Source: Lama guanicoe (taxonomy: Eukaryota). From it: DNA of 62,000 nt. Shown one piece after another: positions 28,420 to 42,005 of this stretch; the first letter of the stretch is position 1, and each line of letters opens with the position of its first letter. The notes beneath the pieces are model-generated. The model did not search any database. It saw only the letters and a program-made list of their open reading frames with translations, and had not been told where the DNA came from. The position numbers and the translations under genes were made by a program. The stretch is from assembly GCA_013239625.1 (NCBI GenBank), contig MU056000.1, forward strand, positions 10,551,175 through 10,613,174, given 5' to 3'.

Positions 28420-28849
28420 TATAGTGGATGTTGTCGGCGATCCACCCAGATCCCTTTTACTGGTCAGCGCATCCATCCCCAGGTGCTAGGGGTTGGCCAT
28501 TAATGCCCCACAGCTGCTTCCTTCTCAGGGAAAATTGCCCCCAGCCACTTTGGATTGGTTAAGCCACACCTGACTCCCAGGCAGCACCCAGCCAATGGCT
28601 GGCTGACTTGAGAGTATACAAGATCACCCCCCAGCCTCTCTGTGGGATCACCCTGGTACAATTCATGCTCCAGAGCTCCTATAGGATCAAGTGGAAGTTG
28701 GTCTTCAGTGGAGACAACATCCTTGCATAACCTTTTCCCACCACTCACTGCTTCCCTCTCCTCTCCTCCTTAGAGCTCACACTCAAGAAATCACTCACAT
28801 AAGAATTCCCCAAGGCGGGTTCTGCTTCCAGAGAATCTAACTGAAGGCA
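28420..28849 (+). mobile_element. LTR16-like (ERVL) solo LTR
   Basis: ccacccagatcccttt, ccaatggctggctgac, aattcatgctccagagctcc; ends ctgcttccagagaatctaactgaaggca. Confidence 0.7.
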
Positions 28850-28994
28850 ACTTCTAATTTCCTTTCTCTCAGACAGAGAAGAGTCTATGGTTTGTTCTTT
28901 CTCCTTCTCATCCTCCCCGAATCCATGACTGTAAATTGTTTATTTTTATTGCTAAAATGTGTGTTCAAATTTAAATGATATCATTATATATTAG

Positions 28995-29140
28995 TGTTAT
29001 CAAAACCCAGGCTCATCTGCTCACCACTTGAAAAGCAAGTGTTGGTAGAAAGGAAAGTTTGCTCTTTTCTGAAGGCCAGCACCTGGGGGAAGGGTGGACT
29101 CATGTCCAAAGGCCAACTGCCCCACCATCTCCCTGCCTGC
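28995..29140. mobile_element. ERV LTR-like fragment
   Basis: Starts tgttatc. gttggtagaaaggaaagtttgct...ggactcatgtccaaaggcc resembles an artiodactyl LTR end; family uncertain. Confidence 0.45.
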
Positions 29141-29444
29141 CCCAGTTTGCCAGACCTGAGTTTCAATAACATTAGTACAAGTTTTAAAAGCATACAGGAA
29201 GGCACCTAAATAAAGTAGGATTAATCTTTTTATGTGTCTTATTGGTAAAACTTTATTCTTTGCTAAAAACATATCAGCCCTGACTGGGGCATCCACTGCA
29301 ATGTTTCTATTTCCACCAGCTGCTCCTTGAGGGAGTCCTAAATCCAGTGCGGAGGCAGAAGCGAAGAAAGAAGGGCACTGGGAATGATAGCTCTGTCAGC
29401 AAGACTGAGCACGGAAACTCCACTCAGCTCAACAATTATGGTAA

Positions 29445-29620
29445 TTTGAGGAAAGAGCACAGGGTTTAGAGCCACGCAGATTTTACTGGATCTGCTTCTT
29501 CTTAACAATGGAGAGGCCTTGGCCAAAGTACTTATTCTCACTGAAATAATGGCTCTTAGACTGTATGTAAGTAATGTACAGGGCCCCGAGCAACATCGGC
29601 CCGGAGAAGGCACTTGAAGG
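29445..29620 (+). mobile_element. MIR fragment
   Basis: ggaaagagcacagggtttagagcca...ccttggccaaagtacttattctc. Confidence 0.6.
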
Positions 29621-30589
29621 CAAGGATTTTTGTCTACATGGTTTACCACTTTACACCTACCACCTTGCTACATCATAAACACTCAAATGTTTTTGACTGA
29701 ATGACTGAATTAGATATTTTTCCACCAGGAATTTCGATGTTGGTACTGATTAGTATGCACTTGAAAAAAAAATCACATTTTGATTGTAAGATGAAGATAT
29801 TATTACTTATAAGATATACCATTGACTTAACTTTTTTTTTTACTACATTAAATATATGTAGTGATGGGGAAACATATCCTGATTTCAAGAAACATTAAAG
29901 TGCAAGGGAAAAAGAGCTTTAGAATTGAAGACATGTATTATATTAATATTATTTAGCCTTTTTATTATTCCCTTTTATAGTATTTCCCCCAATTTGTTCA
30001 TATCCTAATTTTATAATTTTCTTTTGATACCAGAAATACTAAATTATTATGTAGTCGATCAATCATTTCATGGAGTTTCCTTCCATAATTTTGGACTTCA
30101 TCATTCGTACCCATCTTTAGATAAAGTAATTTTGTCCAGTTTGTAGTTCCATTTGCACCTTTAGCTTTTTAATCCTCCTGCAACCTGTGAAGTATGGCCT
30201 AAAATTAATTTTCTCAGAATAATGTATTTCTTCAACACCACATGGAATAAAATACCCACTGCCCATTTATTGGTGACGTTTTCTTATCAGTCATTAATTC
30301 TCCTATGCCCTTCACGCACCTACTGTTTGCTTTATCTGGCTGTCTCAATTGGCTTACCCTGTTTTTCTTCATAGCACGTTCATTACTAGACATTATATTG
30401 CTGCTTACTTGCTATTTGTCTTCCTGTCTATCTTCTCCACTTGAATGTAAGCTCCAGGGCACAGAGAACTGTGTCTGGCTCAGGCCACATCCCCAGACCT
30501 ACAACATGATAAAGGGTCATGTGAAAGGAGAATGATGACTACTTGAAAGGATGAAGTCAAAGGTACACAAACAACATAAACTCTTCCTG

Positions 30590-31480
30590 TGATGGGTGCT
30601 GAAGAGATGAAATTAATGAGCTGGGGACTCCTTGGAGGAGCTTATTCAGATGACCCAGACAAGGAAACCCCTTCAAAGAGATGACATTTGAGCCGAGGGT
30701 CAAAGAACAAGAAGGAACCAGCTGAATTAGAGCTGGAGGAAGGCTTGGTGTTTTTAAGGATCAGAAGAGCAGCCAGTGAGAGGAGAGAGGGGTGTAAGGT
30801 GAATTTGGAAGGGTAGGCAATGATGAGGTCATTCCTGGTCACAATGGAGAACACAAACACGGTCTTTGTTCTACGAGCAGTGGGAAGCCGTCAAAGGGTC
30901 CAAGCAGAGGTGGGACAGAGGCTCCTGCTATCTGCAAGGATGGACGTGGTCTGAAGAGGGACCGGCAGAGCAGGAAGTCAGGAGATCTGTGGTTATCTAG
31001 GTAAGAGAAGGCGATGGCCTAGACTTGGGTGCGGGCCGGGGGGTGGAGACGGAGAGAAGTGATTGACTTGAGAGCTTTTTGGTGGTAAAATAAATGGCTC
31101 TGGTGATGGACTACATGGTGGGCGCACGGAAAAGGGAGAAATCGAAGCCGACGGTTGAGTTTTTTGGTAAGTCGCTAATTAAATGGTGTAGTTACTTACT
31201 GAGCTGAGGAGACTGGGGGAGGTAAGGGTTGGGAGGACAAAGCAAGACCTCCACTGGGGAGTCCCCTGTTGGGTGTGAGACGCCCGTTAGGATTCCAAGC
31301 ACAGAAGTCATCAGGTAAGATAGTTGGCTGCGTGAACCTGGAGTCCATGGGGGACGTCCGGGCTGTGGATACCTGGAGGTGATCAGCGTATAGGTAGTAT
31401 CTAAAGGCAGGAGACTAAATGAGACCATCTAGACAGGACAAAGACAGAAAGGAGTCTGAGATTCAGCCCTGCAGCACTCC
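30590..31480 (-). mobile_element. L2 body fragment
   Basis: gatgacatttgagccgag, aggtaagagaaggcgatggcctagact, gatcagcgtataggtagtatctaaag...gagactaaatgagacc. Confidence 0.75.
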
Positions 31481-32158
31481 AGAGATAAATTTAAACACAG
31501 TAAGGATGTAGCAAGCCTTCCATGTCATACTGGGGAGGTCACAATGCTATAGGTCAGCATCAATCAGTCAGCTAGTGCTGTCCTGGCCACGCCACTCGCA
31601 AACACTGCTGCATCTCTAGCCAAGACCAGGAAGAACAGCTGCTGAAAGATGAAAAGCTATGGCTTTGAAATTCAGTTACAGACGTGTTTAAGGTGGCTTC
31701 GAAGTGCCTTAGGCCTGGAGTCACAGTTCTGTCTCCCAAGACAGTCCTAAGTACAGAGGTTCACTGGCTGTTTAGAGGCAGGTTTCTAAATGTTCACGGG
31801 CTTTCCAAAGTAAAGACACGTTAGATCAGGGCCACAGCTAACAGGACTCCAATCACTGTAAATAGGAAGCTGCCGTTCGACCTCAGCCTGGTTCTGATCC
31901 CAGATGGCCTGGCCCCCTGCCTCCTCACCCTTCAATCAGGGTTCTCCGTGCTGCGGGCACTCGGCAATGCAGAATGTCTGACTTAAAAACTTATCTGGCT
32001 CCAGAAGGCTTTTCTTGGGTCTTACCTGCCTTAGTATCTCCCAGCGTCTGCCAGGTTCATGGTGTTCTATTGCCTAACTTTTTCCTCCAGAAAGTCAGCA
32101 GAACGACAGGATATTAAAACGTGAAAAAACAAAGCAAAACAAAAAACTCAAAACAGAC

Positions 32159-32159
<1 letters not shown>

Positions 32160-32192
<33 letters not shown>
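32160..32192. repeat. Poly(A) run within an A-rich tract
   Basis: Read directly from the sequence. Confidence 0.9.
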
Positions 32193-32193
<1 letters not shown>

Positions 32194-32559
32194 AAAAAAC
32201 ACACACAACCTCCAGGGAAATGGCTAACAAATCCCACATGTGATCTCCCGGGATGAACTGTCTTAGATCATTAAACCCTAGAAGACACGCTGACATTTTA
32301 AAGGTGGGCTCGGGAGGCCAGAAACATTTCTATACTGCAGACTGAGAGTCTCCACACCAGGAGTCACCGCCTCACCCTAATCCTGCCCATCATTTCGTGC
32401 CAATGTTAACAGCAAGCGTTCCTCACTAGCTGGGCAGAATGTCGCACCCCCGGGAAGGGGTCCAGGAGGTGACGCCTTGTCCCTGAGAGCAGCCCTGGCT
32501 CACCGGCAGTACAGCTGATCTCCGGGCTGGGAGCTCTGTGAGTTTCTCTCCCCGCACCC

Positions 32560-34250
32560 CCCCAACTCCAAACTTCATTAAATTTCTCTTTCTCTCGGTT
32601 CCCCCCCACCCCTGCCACTCTTCTCTCTTGGCTCCTGCAGTCTGTCCTCCTTAAAGCGATGCTCATCACTTTAACCACAATCTTGTCAATGCCCACAGCT
32701 CACCAAATCTTTGGTCCCGGATTCATCTAATTATTTACCTGTTCCACTCTTATCGATATTTACAGACTTCTACTTGGGCTTCAAGAACGGCTGGAATCAA
32801 GTATCCAACAACACAGGCTGCTGCCACTATCCACTCATCATCTCCTTCCTCGACCAGGCTGTTAGCTGCTCAGTTTTCCTTCCGTCTTTCCCATTCCCTC
32901 CTCTCTGTATTCCTGGGCTGCCTCATTGCCTCCTCCTCAGCAGATAACCTCACCCCTTACTTCATCCGGAATACGGAATCCATCAGGTAGAAACTAAACT
33001 TCTCGTTGCTTCTCACCCTAAAACAATCCTCAGCAAAACACATCTGCCCCAAACCCTTCTTCACCTGCTCTCACCTATTACAATGGAAAGGCCAGTCTGA
33101 CCTGGGCGGGTGTGGGGCCATCAACCTGGGTCTCTGCATTTGCGCTTCTCTGACCTTGTCAGGAGCAGCCATCTACCTCTCCTGCTGGTCTGATCCTGGC
33201 TGCTTGACTGGCCCTTCCCCATTAAGCAGGTAAATATGTCTGTTAAGCCTCTTCCATCTGAAAAATCACCCTTCTCTTGACTTCTCTAGTTACCGCCCTC
33301 TTTCCCACTTTCTTTCCATAGACGTCTATCAAGCGTTATGTGTGCTCCTTATTTCCACTTTTGTTTTTCGCATTTACTCCTCAGTCTGTTAGAACAGCAG
33401 CTCCAAAAATGCAGGCACCCTGTCTGTATCCCCAGAACCACATCTGACATGGTCTGGTCACATAACAGGTAGTCGACACGTAATGCTTTGTTGAAACCTC
33501 CCGCTGGGTTCTGGGTTCTGACTCCCTGCCTGCGGCACGTGCTCTTCCTGCTAAACCAGACTGGCACTTTCTGTCTTCATCCTTCTGACCCCTCAGCAGA
33601 TCTGACCCTGTTGGCCACTCCTTCTCTGAAGCACTTTTTCCTCCTTGGCTTCAAGGACATTAAAGTTTCTAGGGTTTCCTCCTATTGCTTCTGCTCCAGC
33701 TCTTTCTCCTTGGTGCTCTCTCTCTCTCTCTCTGTCTCTTAAATGTTGGTACTCCCAGGGTTCTCCCAGGGGCCCGCACCTCTTCTCAGTCTCCACTCCA
33801 GCTCAGAAGTCCTGCCCCCGCCCACAACTTCCATTACTCTGCCGGGGTGGATGGGGGGGTCTCAGGTCCATCTCTCCAGATTTCTCAGGCTTCTCAAGCA
33901 CCAGACCCACACATCTCCATCCGAACACCTCCCCGGCACTTCACACTCCACGTTTCCAAAACTGAGCTCACCACCTACTAGGCTACTTGGGTTCCTACAG
34001 ACCTGGCCCTCCCCTTGGGTTCCCTTCGAATGAATGCATCCAGGGTCCCCACCCAGAAGCCCGAAGACCTCCCTGGATGCCTTTTCACCCTCACACCCAC
34101 AGGATTTCTTGGTCCCATCCGTATGCCTTCCCTAGTTACTCTTGAATCTGTCCAGTTTTCACCAGCCCTGTTGCCATGCTGTGGGTCAGGTCCCTAGCGG
34201 GTTTCTTGTCCCCAAGCCCTCCTTGCCTCCACGCTCGAATCAGATCACAA
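32560..34250 (+). mobile_element. Long degenerate L2 (pyrimidine-rich body with nested L2 tail)
   Basis: cttggcttcaaggaca, cttaaatgttggtactcccagggttct, tttccaaaactgagctc. Ends approximate. Confidence 0.65.
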
Positions 34251-34278
34251 AAATCTTCAGTTCCTACAAGAGCATCCA

Positions 34279-34670
34279 AGGGTATTATGCTAAGTGAAAT
34301 AAGTCAGAGAAAGACAAATACTGTATGTTATCGCTTACATATGGAGCCTAAAAAATAAAACAGACTGGTGAATATAACAAAAAAGAAACAGACTCACAGA
34401 TATAGAGAACAAACACTCAGTGGTGACCAGGGGGGAGAGGGAAAGGGGAGGGGGCGAGGTGGGGGAGGGGATTAAGAGGTACAAACGATCATGTATAAAA
34501 TAAGCTACAAGGATGTATTGTGCAACACAGGGAACACAGCCAATGTTTTATAAGAATTATAAATGGAGTACAACCTTTAAAAATTGTGAATCGATATACT
34601 GGACACCTATAACTTACATAATATTGTACATCAACTATACTACAATAAAAAAATTAAGCTTTAAAAAAAA
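34279..34670 (+). mobile_element. L1 3'UTR fragment with G-rich tract
   Basis: ggtattatgctaagtgaaataagtcagagaaagacaaatactgtatg...catcaactatactacaataaaaaa. Confidence 0.88.
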
Positions 34671-34809
34671 GGGTCTCCAAGCTGCTTCAGGGCTGCACCC
34701 TGCTTGTAGACCGCGGCTCCAGGAATGTGGCTCTGTGGCCCTGTAACAGTGTCTGGCACGTGGGTAGATGGCATCCGATAACTACTCGTGCAACCAGTGA
34801 ACAAACACA

Positions 34810-35265
34810 AAGGCCACTTGCGATCTGACCTTGCTCATCCGTCCGCTCTCAGATCTCTACACTTCCCCTTGCACGGTGTTTCATGAGGCATCAACTATTT
34901 GCAGTTTTCTGGATACTCCGTGCTCTCTTTCAGCTAAAGGCCTTGGCCCAAGCTCCTCCCTCTGCACAGAATCACCTTCACCCCTGTCCCCAACCCACTC
35001 ACCGGTGAACTCATAGTCAGCTTGGGAATCACATTTCTGGGACGCGTGCCTTAAGCCTGGGTCTCCCCCGTGCCCTGCAACACCCCCCACCCCGGCCCCA
35101 TGACGCACTTACCAGGCGGTGCTGGGGCTGCCCGGGTACCTGAGTGCCCGTCTCACCAGGCTGCCTGGGGCAGGGACGGGGCTGGTTTATCACCAGCTTT
35201 CCCACCTCTACTCAGCATAATGCCTGACACACAGTTGAAACTCAAATATGTGAACAAACGAATGC
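34810..35265 (+). mobile_element. L2 3' region
   Basis: Ends actcagcataatgcctgacacacagttgaaactcaaatatgtgaacaaacgaatg, typical of an L2 tail. Confidence 0.65.
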
Positions 35266-37884
35266 GTTAACTACAATATCCAGCTATGTATCTGTTCGTT
35301 CATAAAATCCTCCAACTGCACGTTTAGTTTTCTGATAAAGAAACCTATGTTTTGGTAGAATCTATGTATTTAAAATATGCAAAGAGGTGGCAGTAGCTCG
35401 TACACGTTCACGTAATTGTGGTATTTTCTCATGAGATAGGCAAGGACTTCCGCTGCTGTTTCTACTGTGTCACCTGGGGCTGCCAGTAGGTACTAGATAA
35501 AGGTGACTGCTTAACTGTAGACACACGGACATAAATAGGATGCAACATGGGGCCATAGGATTAGCCTCTTAAGTGTAAAGCTGAAGCAAAGATTTTTTCC
35601 GACTCCTTTTCTCCTGTGTCCTTCAAATGTCAACTGGGATACAGAGCAAGCTGTTCCCCTGTGAAGTCAAATTCTGTAACAGAGGTCAGCTGCTGTGAGA
35701 AGAAAATCAGAAGTTTAGAGTTAAACAATAAGAGAACCTTCTTGGCGAAGCTAAGAGAATCTTGCCGAGTGCTAAGTGACAGGTAACCAGGGCGGTAATC
35801 TCCAAATTCAGAAAGATGGGTTCTTGTAAGGGCAACAAGTCTTCAAAAGAGGTGGCCGTGCAGCTCAGGAAGTGCCAAGAGCAGCTGGACCCCGAGCTTG
35901 CAACTGACATTCATGGCCACATGGTAAAAAAATAATCACGTTGCTCATCTAGAAATGGCTTTTCAAATTCTTCCACAAAAAAGGTGTTGAGTTCGAAACT
36001 GGTTCCCTAAAATAGCAGATTATTACATGAAATGCTGAAGGTCCCATTATTTTACCTTCGGTAAGAGGAATAGTTTCTTTACTTGCTTCATCCTGGATTA
36101 GAATAACCAATGGGACACAGGGCTCGGTAATAATTCCGTCTTGCTAGATTGTCATTTAATCTCTTTGATAAAAGACTATTCTTCTGTCTATAGCTTCAGT
36201 GATCCCTTGACACCTTTTATGATATGAAGCAAACTCACTATATTATTGCTGCAAAAGAAATATAGCTTAAAACTCTTTCCCAAACCCCAGGTCTTCAAAA
36301 ATTTGTGTTTTGGGACACGTGGAAGATTCAGAAGTCCACGCGTAGGCAAAGCTACCTGTGGGAACAGCTTCTAATGACCTGGATAATCAGCATCTTTGGA
36401 TTTCCTCTAAGTCTGGGTTCCTGTAATTTTCCACTCTGATTGTTCTGTTCGCCTGTATTTGAAAAAGTGGTTTGGGTTAAATTAGATCGTTGGTCTTCCC
36501 GGTAGTTTTCCAGCCATGTTTTATTTTCTCAAGGATCTATATCCCTCTAAAGGAGACACCCTTGCTCTGTCTAGCTGGAGCTCTGGCCAAGAACTTGACA
36601 CCCACACATGAGGTTGTGGTTTAAAGGGAGTGGCAGTAAAATGAAGCCTGGGCTCTCTGGTCCAGAGTCATTGCTCTGTTCAGTGCTGTCCATATTTAGT
36701 GCTTCCTGAAAGCTTGGAGCCAACACAGGGCAAGTCTTAAATATAACATGGGTTTTCTCCATCACTCCTCACACCTGGAGAAGAGTTTCTATAAAGCACA
36801 GAGACAAACTACTAAACAGATACAAAGTCTGGCTAACTCAGTTTTCCCCTGCTGGTTTCTTCAACACTTCAGGGGAAACAAAAAGCATTTTACTTTTGAG
36901 CTTTTCAGTCTAGAAATCTGTTAGTTGACTCAAGGGTATATTTTAGTGTCATAGGACCCTCCTCATATCCTGTTGATCTTTTATTCAAACACAAAGCTTA
37001 TTTGCCTAAATTTAACTTTCATTCAAGATGGTGGGAGGCTTGACAAAGAAGAAATAGTACTATGAAAATTCTAGCATACTTTAAAAAACCAAAGTTTCCC
37101 ATAAATTTAAGAATCCTTACTTATTCCTCACCTTGATCTCACATCTTTACTATTACGAACATTTCTGCATTTCCTACTCATTTTTAAAATACTTATAAAG
37201 TTATATGGTCCCCAAATGACAATATTTCTTGGTTAGTATCTCAAGATTACATCCATTCCACTTTAGAACCGACTTTAAAATGCTTTTATGTTAAAAAAAG
37301 AACAAAACAAAAAAACAACCAGCACAACAACTCCATAAACAAGTCTGGAATAGATTAACTCTGGGATCTGGGGAGTTTAATTTTTTATGCTTTCTCTCTG
37401 CCCACACACTTACATACCCTACATACTCTCTCTGTAATTAGTAATAGATTTTTTTCCTGATTAGCACCTATAATTCGGCTGTAGATCTCTGAGCAAGCAG
37501 CTCAGAAGCTCCATTCCTTTTCTGACTCAGACTTGTATTGAGCCAGATCGGCCCTGTCTGGGGCAGAGCAGAAGGACAGCCAGACTCAGGAGGGAGGGCG
37601 GCTGAGTAACTGGGTAACTTGCTGGGGCTGGGCATGCACTGGGGGGCTGGAGGAGCTGGACTGGACTGTCCTCAGCTGAGCATGCTGACCCAACCTGCTC
37701 CCTCCAGCATAAAAACTCTCAGCTTGGAGAAAAAAAAATGCTGCAACATTCCAGAATGTCATCTATGAACTTCTACTGACACTTATAAACACATTTTTTC
37801 TCAGGGAAGAAAAAGAGAATGCCTATTTGCATTTGGAGCTTATGAAACCCAATGACCATGGTACTAATGACAACAGAGCTATCT

Positions 37885-38110
37885 TGGTGGCTAATGTTTA
37901 CTGAGTGCTTGCACTGTGACAGACACTGTTCTAAGATCTTTAATTCTCCCGACAACCCTGTGGGGGACATACTATCATCTCCTAGCATACTTGTGAGAAA
38001 GACTGGTACACGGAGAGGCTAAACCACTTGTCCAGGCTGACACAGAGCTGGGAGAAGAATCCAGAACATGTTGACCTTTGGGCTTACGATCCTAACCATC
38101 ACTCTATTAT
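37885..38110 (-). mobile_element. MIR
   Basis: gctaatgtttactgagtgcttgcactgtgacagacactgttctaag...acaaccctgtg...gaggctaaaccacttgtccagg. Confidence 0.75.
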
Positions 38111-39699
38111 CCTGAACCAAGCCCTCCTTCCACTTTGAATTTGATATCGCAGCTGGTGCCAAATGCTTACTTTAGACAGAGAGGATTAGCTGATCAGAAC
38201 AAAGAGAACTTTTGGATAAAGTCTATTTCTTATGGAAAATTCCAAAGACCCTGAAGCAAAGATTATTTTTTAAACAGTCACGGGTAGCAAGCCCTACAAG
38301 TGTAAATGTGGAGGATGAACAGAGGGAGACTGAAGTCATCATGCATCTGAGCCGTGCCAAGAAAAGGAGGATGAAAGACATCAGGTCACTAATGCTCTGT
38401 CATCAGCACCACACAGCACGGTGAAGGGTACAAATGAAACCTGGGAACGCAGCACCACGTGGGCCGTCCATAAGCTTAGGCGCCAGCCTCACCATGCCTG
38501 GGGTGGGAGAGAGGCTAAGGGTTCTCTACGGTGGCCTTCTAAAGACATGGACAAGAATGCTTATGAGCTTCTCTAACACGTGGGATAAAATATCATCCCA
38601 GAATCTTTAACTCATCCAAAATTTTTACTCGCTTCTCAGCTGCAGGATTCATTTATTTCTGCATCATGGGGCTCAGCTATGACTCACTGCTGGTATTTAT
38701 ATGACCAGCACATGCCAAGTATTGTGAAAGATTTCTAAGGGTTTGGGGCTTTTGATCTGATTGCTTTTAGGAGGCGAGGGAGAGAGAGTCAAAATTAGTC
38801 ATTAAACAGGTTAGTCCACCCAGCCCATGCATGTTCTATACCCGAGTCCTACACACACGTGCACACACGCACAGACACGTACACACGCTGAGAATGGAAC
38901 TCCCAAATTCAGATAGACAATATTTAATGTGATAAAGCTTCAGTGTTTGCTCTGCTGTGTGCAAGCAGCTTTGTCATGACCTCCCCAGACCCCCACTGCT
39001 ATTATTGGTTTATATTATTTTACCTGATTCATGAGATTCTAGATAAAGTCAAATCATCTCACTGAACAAACTGTTTAGAACACAATTCAAGAAAGGGCAG
39101 AGAGTGTCATGGTAGCACCAATGAATCAGGAAAGAGTCAAATGGTGTCAACAGCTGTTGCAGGGATTTAAGAATTATATATTCTGAATTTATTTTGTCTG
39201 CACAACTATAACCATGCATTATGCTGAACATTTTTCAAGTGACAGGATAAATTAATAAGCTATAGAATAATGCAGATCAAATTAAAGTATTTTGAAAATT
39301 TCTAGACGGAAGAGAATGAATACATTTTTGTCACTATTTCATATATATAATAATGAGTTAGTTAATGCAATGCTGAGCTTCAGTCTGTAAATCTAGATTG
39401 ACTCTAATTCTGGTTTTGGATCTCTGAAAATCAGAGATGCCTGAAGAGCTGTCCTGCTCCAGCCCTCTCACCCATATGAGCAAGGGGATGAAGGGGACCC
39501 AGTGAAAGGTGACATCTGCACCCTTCTCCACCTGGCCCTTGAACCTGAAGGATGCTGCAGCCACAGAAGCATATTTGTTGCTGATGTGTAATAATTAATT
39601 CAAGGAACATTTATGGATCACATGAAGAATACCAACCTCTTGCATATGCAGTATAGGGGAGTCCTGGATGTGCCTTATCTAGCAATGCTTCATTATCTC

Positions 39700-39880
39700 A
39701 TTGGTTTTACCTAGCAATGCTATAGCAACAGGGAAAGTATGGAAAACTCCCATTTTGTAGAAAAGGAACCAAGGCTCAAAGAGACTCTGTGACTTGCCTA
39801 ATATTGGTTAATATATGGTGTGGCCCAAACCAGAAGCCAGGGAGGCCATTAGCCTGGGGCTCTTTCGTCCTTCAACACTA
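39700..39880 (-). mobile_element. MIR fragment
   Basis: cccattttgtagaaaaggaaccaaggctcaaagag...gtgacttgcc. Confidence 0.6.
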
Positions 39881-40110
39881 GACTGAGGATGGTGGGTGGA
39901 TGTTGGAGGGTAGGCAGGATAAACAGTTCCCCACTATTAATAGAGAGGGGAAGGGGGGTGTGTCATCACACAGAAACGTCTTTACTCATCCAGATGGTTA
40001 AGTATTAGAAATAATTATTACTAAAGAAAATTATTACCTTTATCTAATGGCAATTTAGTTTGAGGAGTTGATGAGCATCTCTAAGAAGATGTATTAGGTT
40101 AAGTTAAAAC

Positions 40111-40782
40111 TTCCTGGGCTTATATCCAGAAGGAATCCTACTTCCAAAAGACACCTTCACCCCAATGTTCATAGCAGCAGTATTTACAATAGCCTAGACA
40201 TGGAAACAGCCTAAATGTTCGTCAACAGATGACTAGATAAAGAAGATGTGGTATATCTATACAATGGAATACTACTCAGCCATAAAAATGACAACATAAC
40301 GCCATTTGCAGCAACATGGATGTTCCTGGAGACCATCATTCTAAGTGAAGTAAGTCAGAAAGAGAAAGAAAAATACCATATGAGATCGCTCATATGTGGA
40401 ATCTAAAAAAAAACCAAGAACATAAATACAAAACAGAAACAGTCTCATAGACATAGAATACAAACTTGTGGTTGCCAAGGGGCTGGGGGGGTGGGAAGGG
40501 ACAAAGGACAGACTTGGGGTTCGAAATTTGTAGATACTGACAGGCATATGTAGAATAGATAAACAAGAAGCAGAATAGATAAACGAGATTATACTGTATA
40601 CCACAGGGAAATATATACAAGATCTTGTATATATACATATATTTTTTTTTTGCTCATGGCAAAAAAAAAAAGTGACAATAAATATATGTATGTTCATGTA
40701 TGGCTGAAAAATTGTGCTGTATACTGGAATTTGCCACAACATTGTAAAATGACTATAACTCAATAAAAAAAGGTTAAAAAAA
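40111..40782 (+). mobile_element. Young L1 3' end
   Basis: Near-identical over long stretches to 23630-24230, e.g. gaaagaaaaataccatatgagatcgctcatatgtggaatctaaaa. Confidence 0.95.
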
Positions 40783-41433
40783 TCTTCCTTGAGGCTTTTT
40801 CTCTTTGAAAGAAGTCAAAAGCAGGCTCCTGGCCCCAGTGATGCTTTCATAGGTGGCAGTGTGCAGCCTGGTCAGCCTCTATCCTGCACTTTGGGCAAAG
40901 AAGTCCTACAGGATGAGCAGCTGGGAAAGCTCACTGGACCGAAGCTTCCAGGGATCCCCGTGAGCATCTAGGAAGGGCATCCCTTAAAGTACTACAGCCC
41001 CATTCAAGACCCTAATGATTCCAAACGGGAAGATCGGTGATGTTGCCCCACTGACAGCAGGACAGCAGCTTGGGTACCACCTGGTCTCCAGATGGTCTAA
41101 TGGTTGTGCTCAGTACTCTTTCAGTGCCTCTAGGATAGTGGATGGCGAATGCATGTCTCCTGGTACAAACTAAGAACAGACAGTGAAGCCTTCCCAAAAT
41201 ACCCACCGCCACATGGGGTTATTTAAGCCTTTGTAAGTCCTGTGACATTTCCACCCAGACTAGAGACTCCAAAGGAAAAAGGACCGATGTGCAGTACAAG
41301 CACTGAATCTTACCCGTTGACACTTCATTATTTTAAAGCATCCTTGAGGAAAATATTAATATAAATTGCTAAAAGAATAACTCTCTAATAAAACTACTTA
41401 CCATACGTCTGTTATTTAAAAATAATTTGTTAA

Positions 41434-41577
41434 GGGGGAGGGTATAGCTCGATTGTTAGATTGTGTGCTTAGCACCCACAAGGTCCTGGGTTTAATCCCC
41501 AGTACCTCCATTAAATAAATAAATAAATAAATAAATAAACCTAATTACCACTCCTCCAAAAAAAAAGGAAAAAAAAA
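41434..41577 (+). mobile_element. tRNA-Ala-derived SINE (vic-1-like)
   Basis: GGGGAGGGTATAGCTC...GGTCCTGGGTTTAATCCCCAGTACCTCCA, (TAAA)n, CCTAATTACC, A tail. TSD taatttgttaa / taatgtgttaa. Confidence 0.92.
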
Positions 41578-41699
41578 GTAATGTGTTAATAAAAAAAGAA
41601 AAGCCTCTTTTCTTTCTTTGTTTCTGATGGCTTCTGTGTCTTATTAGACTAATAAACGCATTGGACCAATGTTAGACTAATAAACTGCCTCTCTCCCAT

Positions 41700-42000
41700 G
41701 CTATAAGAAAGAGAATTATAAAATTCTTGGGAATAAACTCAACAAGGAAAATAGTTCCTAAATGCAGAAAATCACAGAATTTTCCTGAAGTTCATGAAAT
41801 AAGACCGAAATAAAAAGGCAAGCTATGTTCCTTCTGGACAAGACATTGTTGAGAACATAGCAGAGAGCTTTCTGAACTCATCAGTAAGTTTAATGGGGTT
41901 TCAGTAAAAAGGCCAGCAATCTGGGTGTTCATTTGGACCTGAGTAAAATGATTTTCAGCTTTGTACGGGAGGATAACCAAGAAAACGTGATAAAGAAATC
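41700..42000 (+). mobile_element. Ancient L1 ORF2 fragment
   Basis: aaaattcttgggaataaactcaacaagg resembles the L1 reverse-transcriptase K(Y/F)LGINL motif; very degenerate. Confidence 0.5.
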
Positions 42001-42005
42001 TAGTA

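Noticed and set aside
34429..34470. G-quadruplex-forming tract
   Set aside because: This is the ordinary G-rich tract of the L1 3'UTR, a well-known feature.
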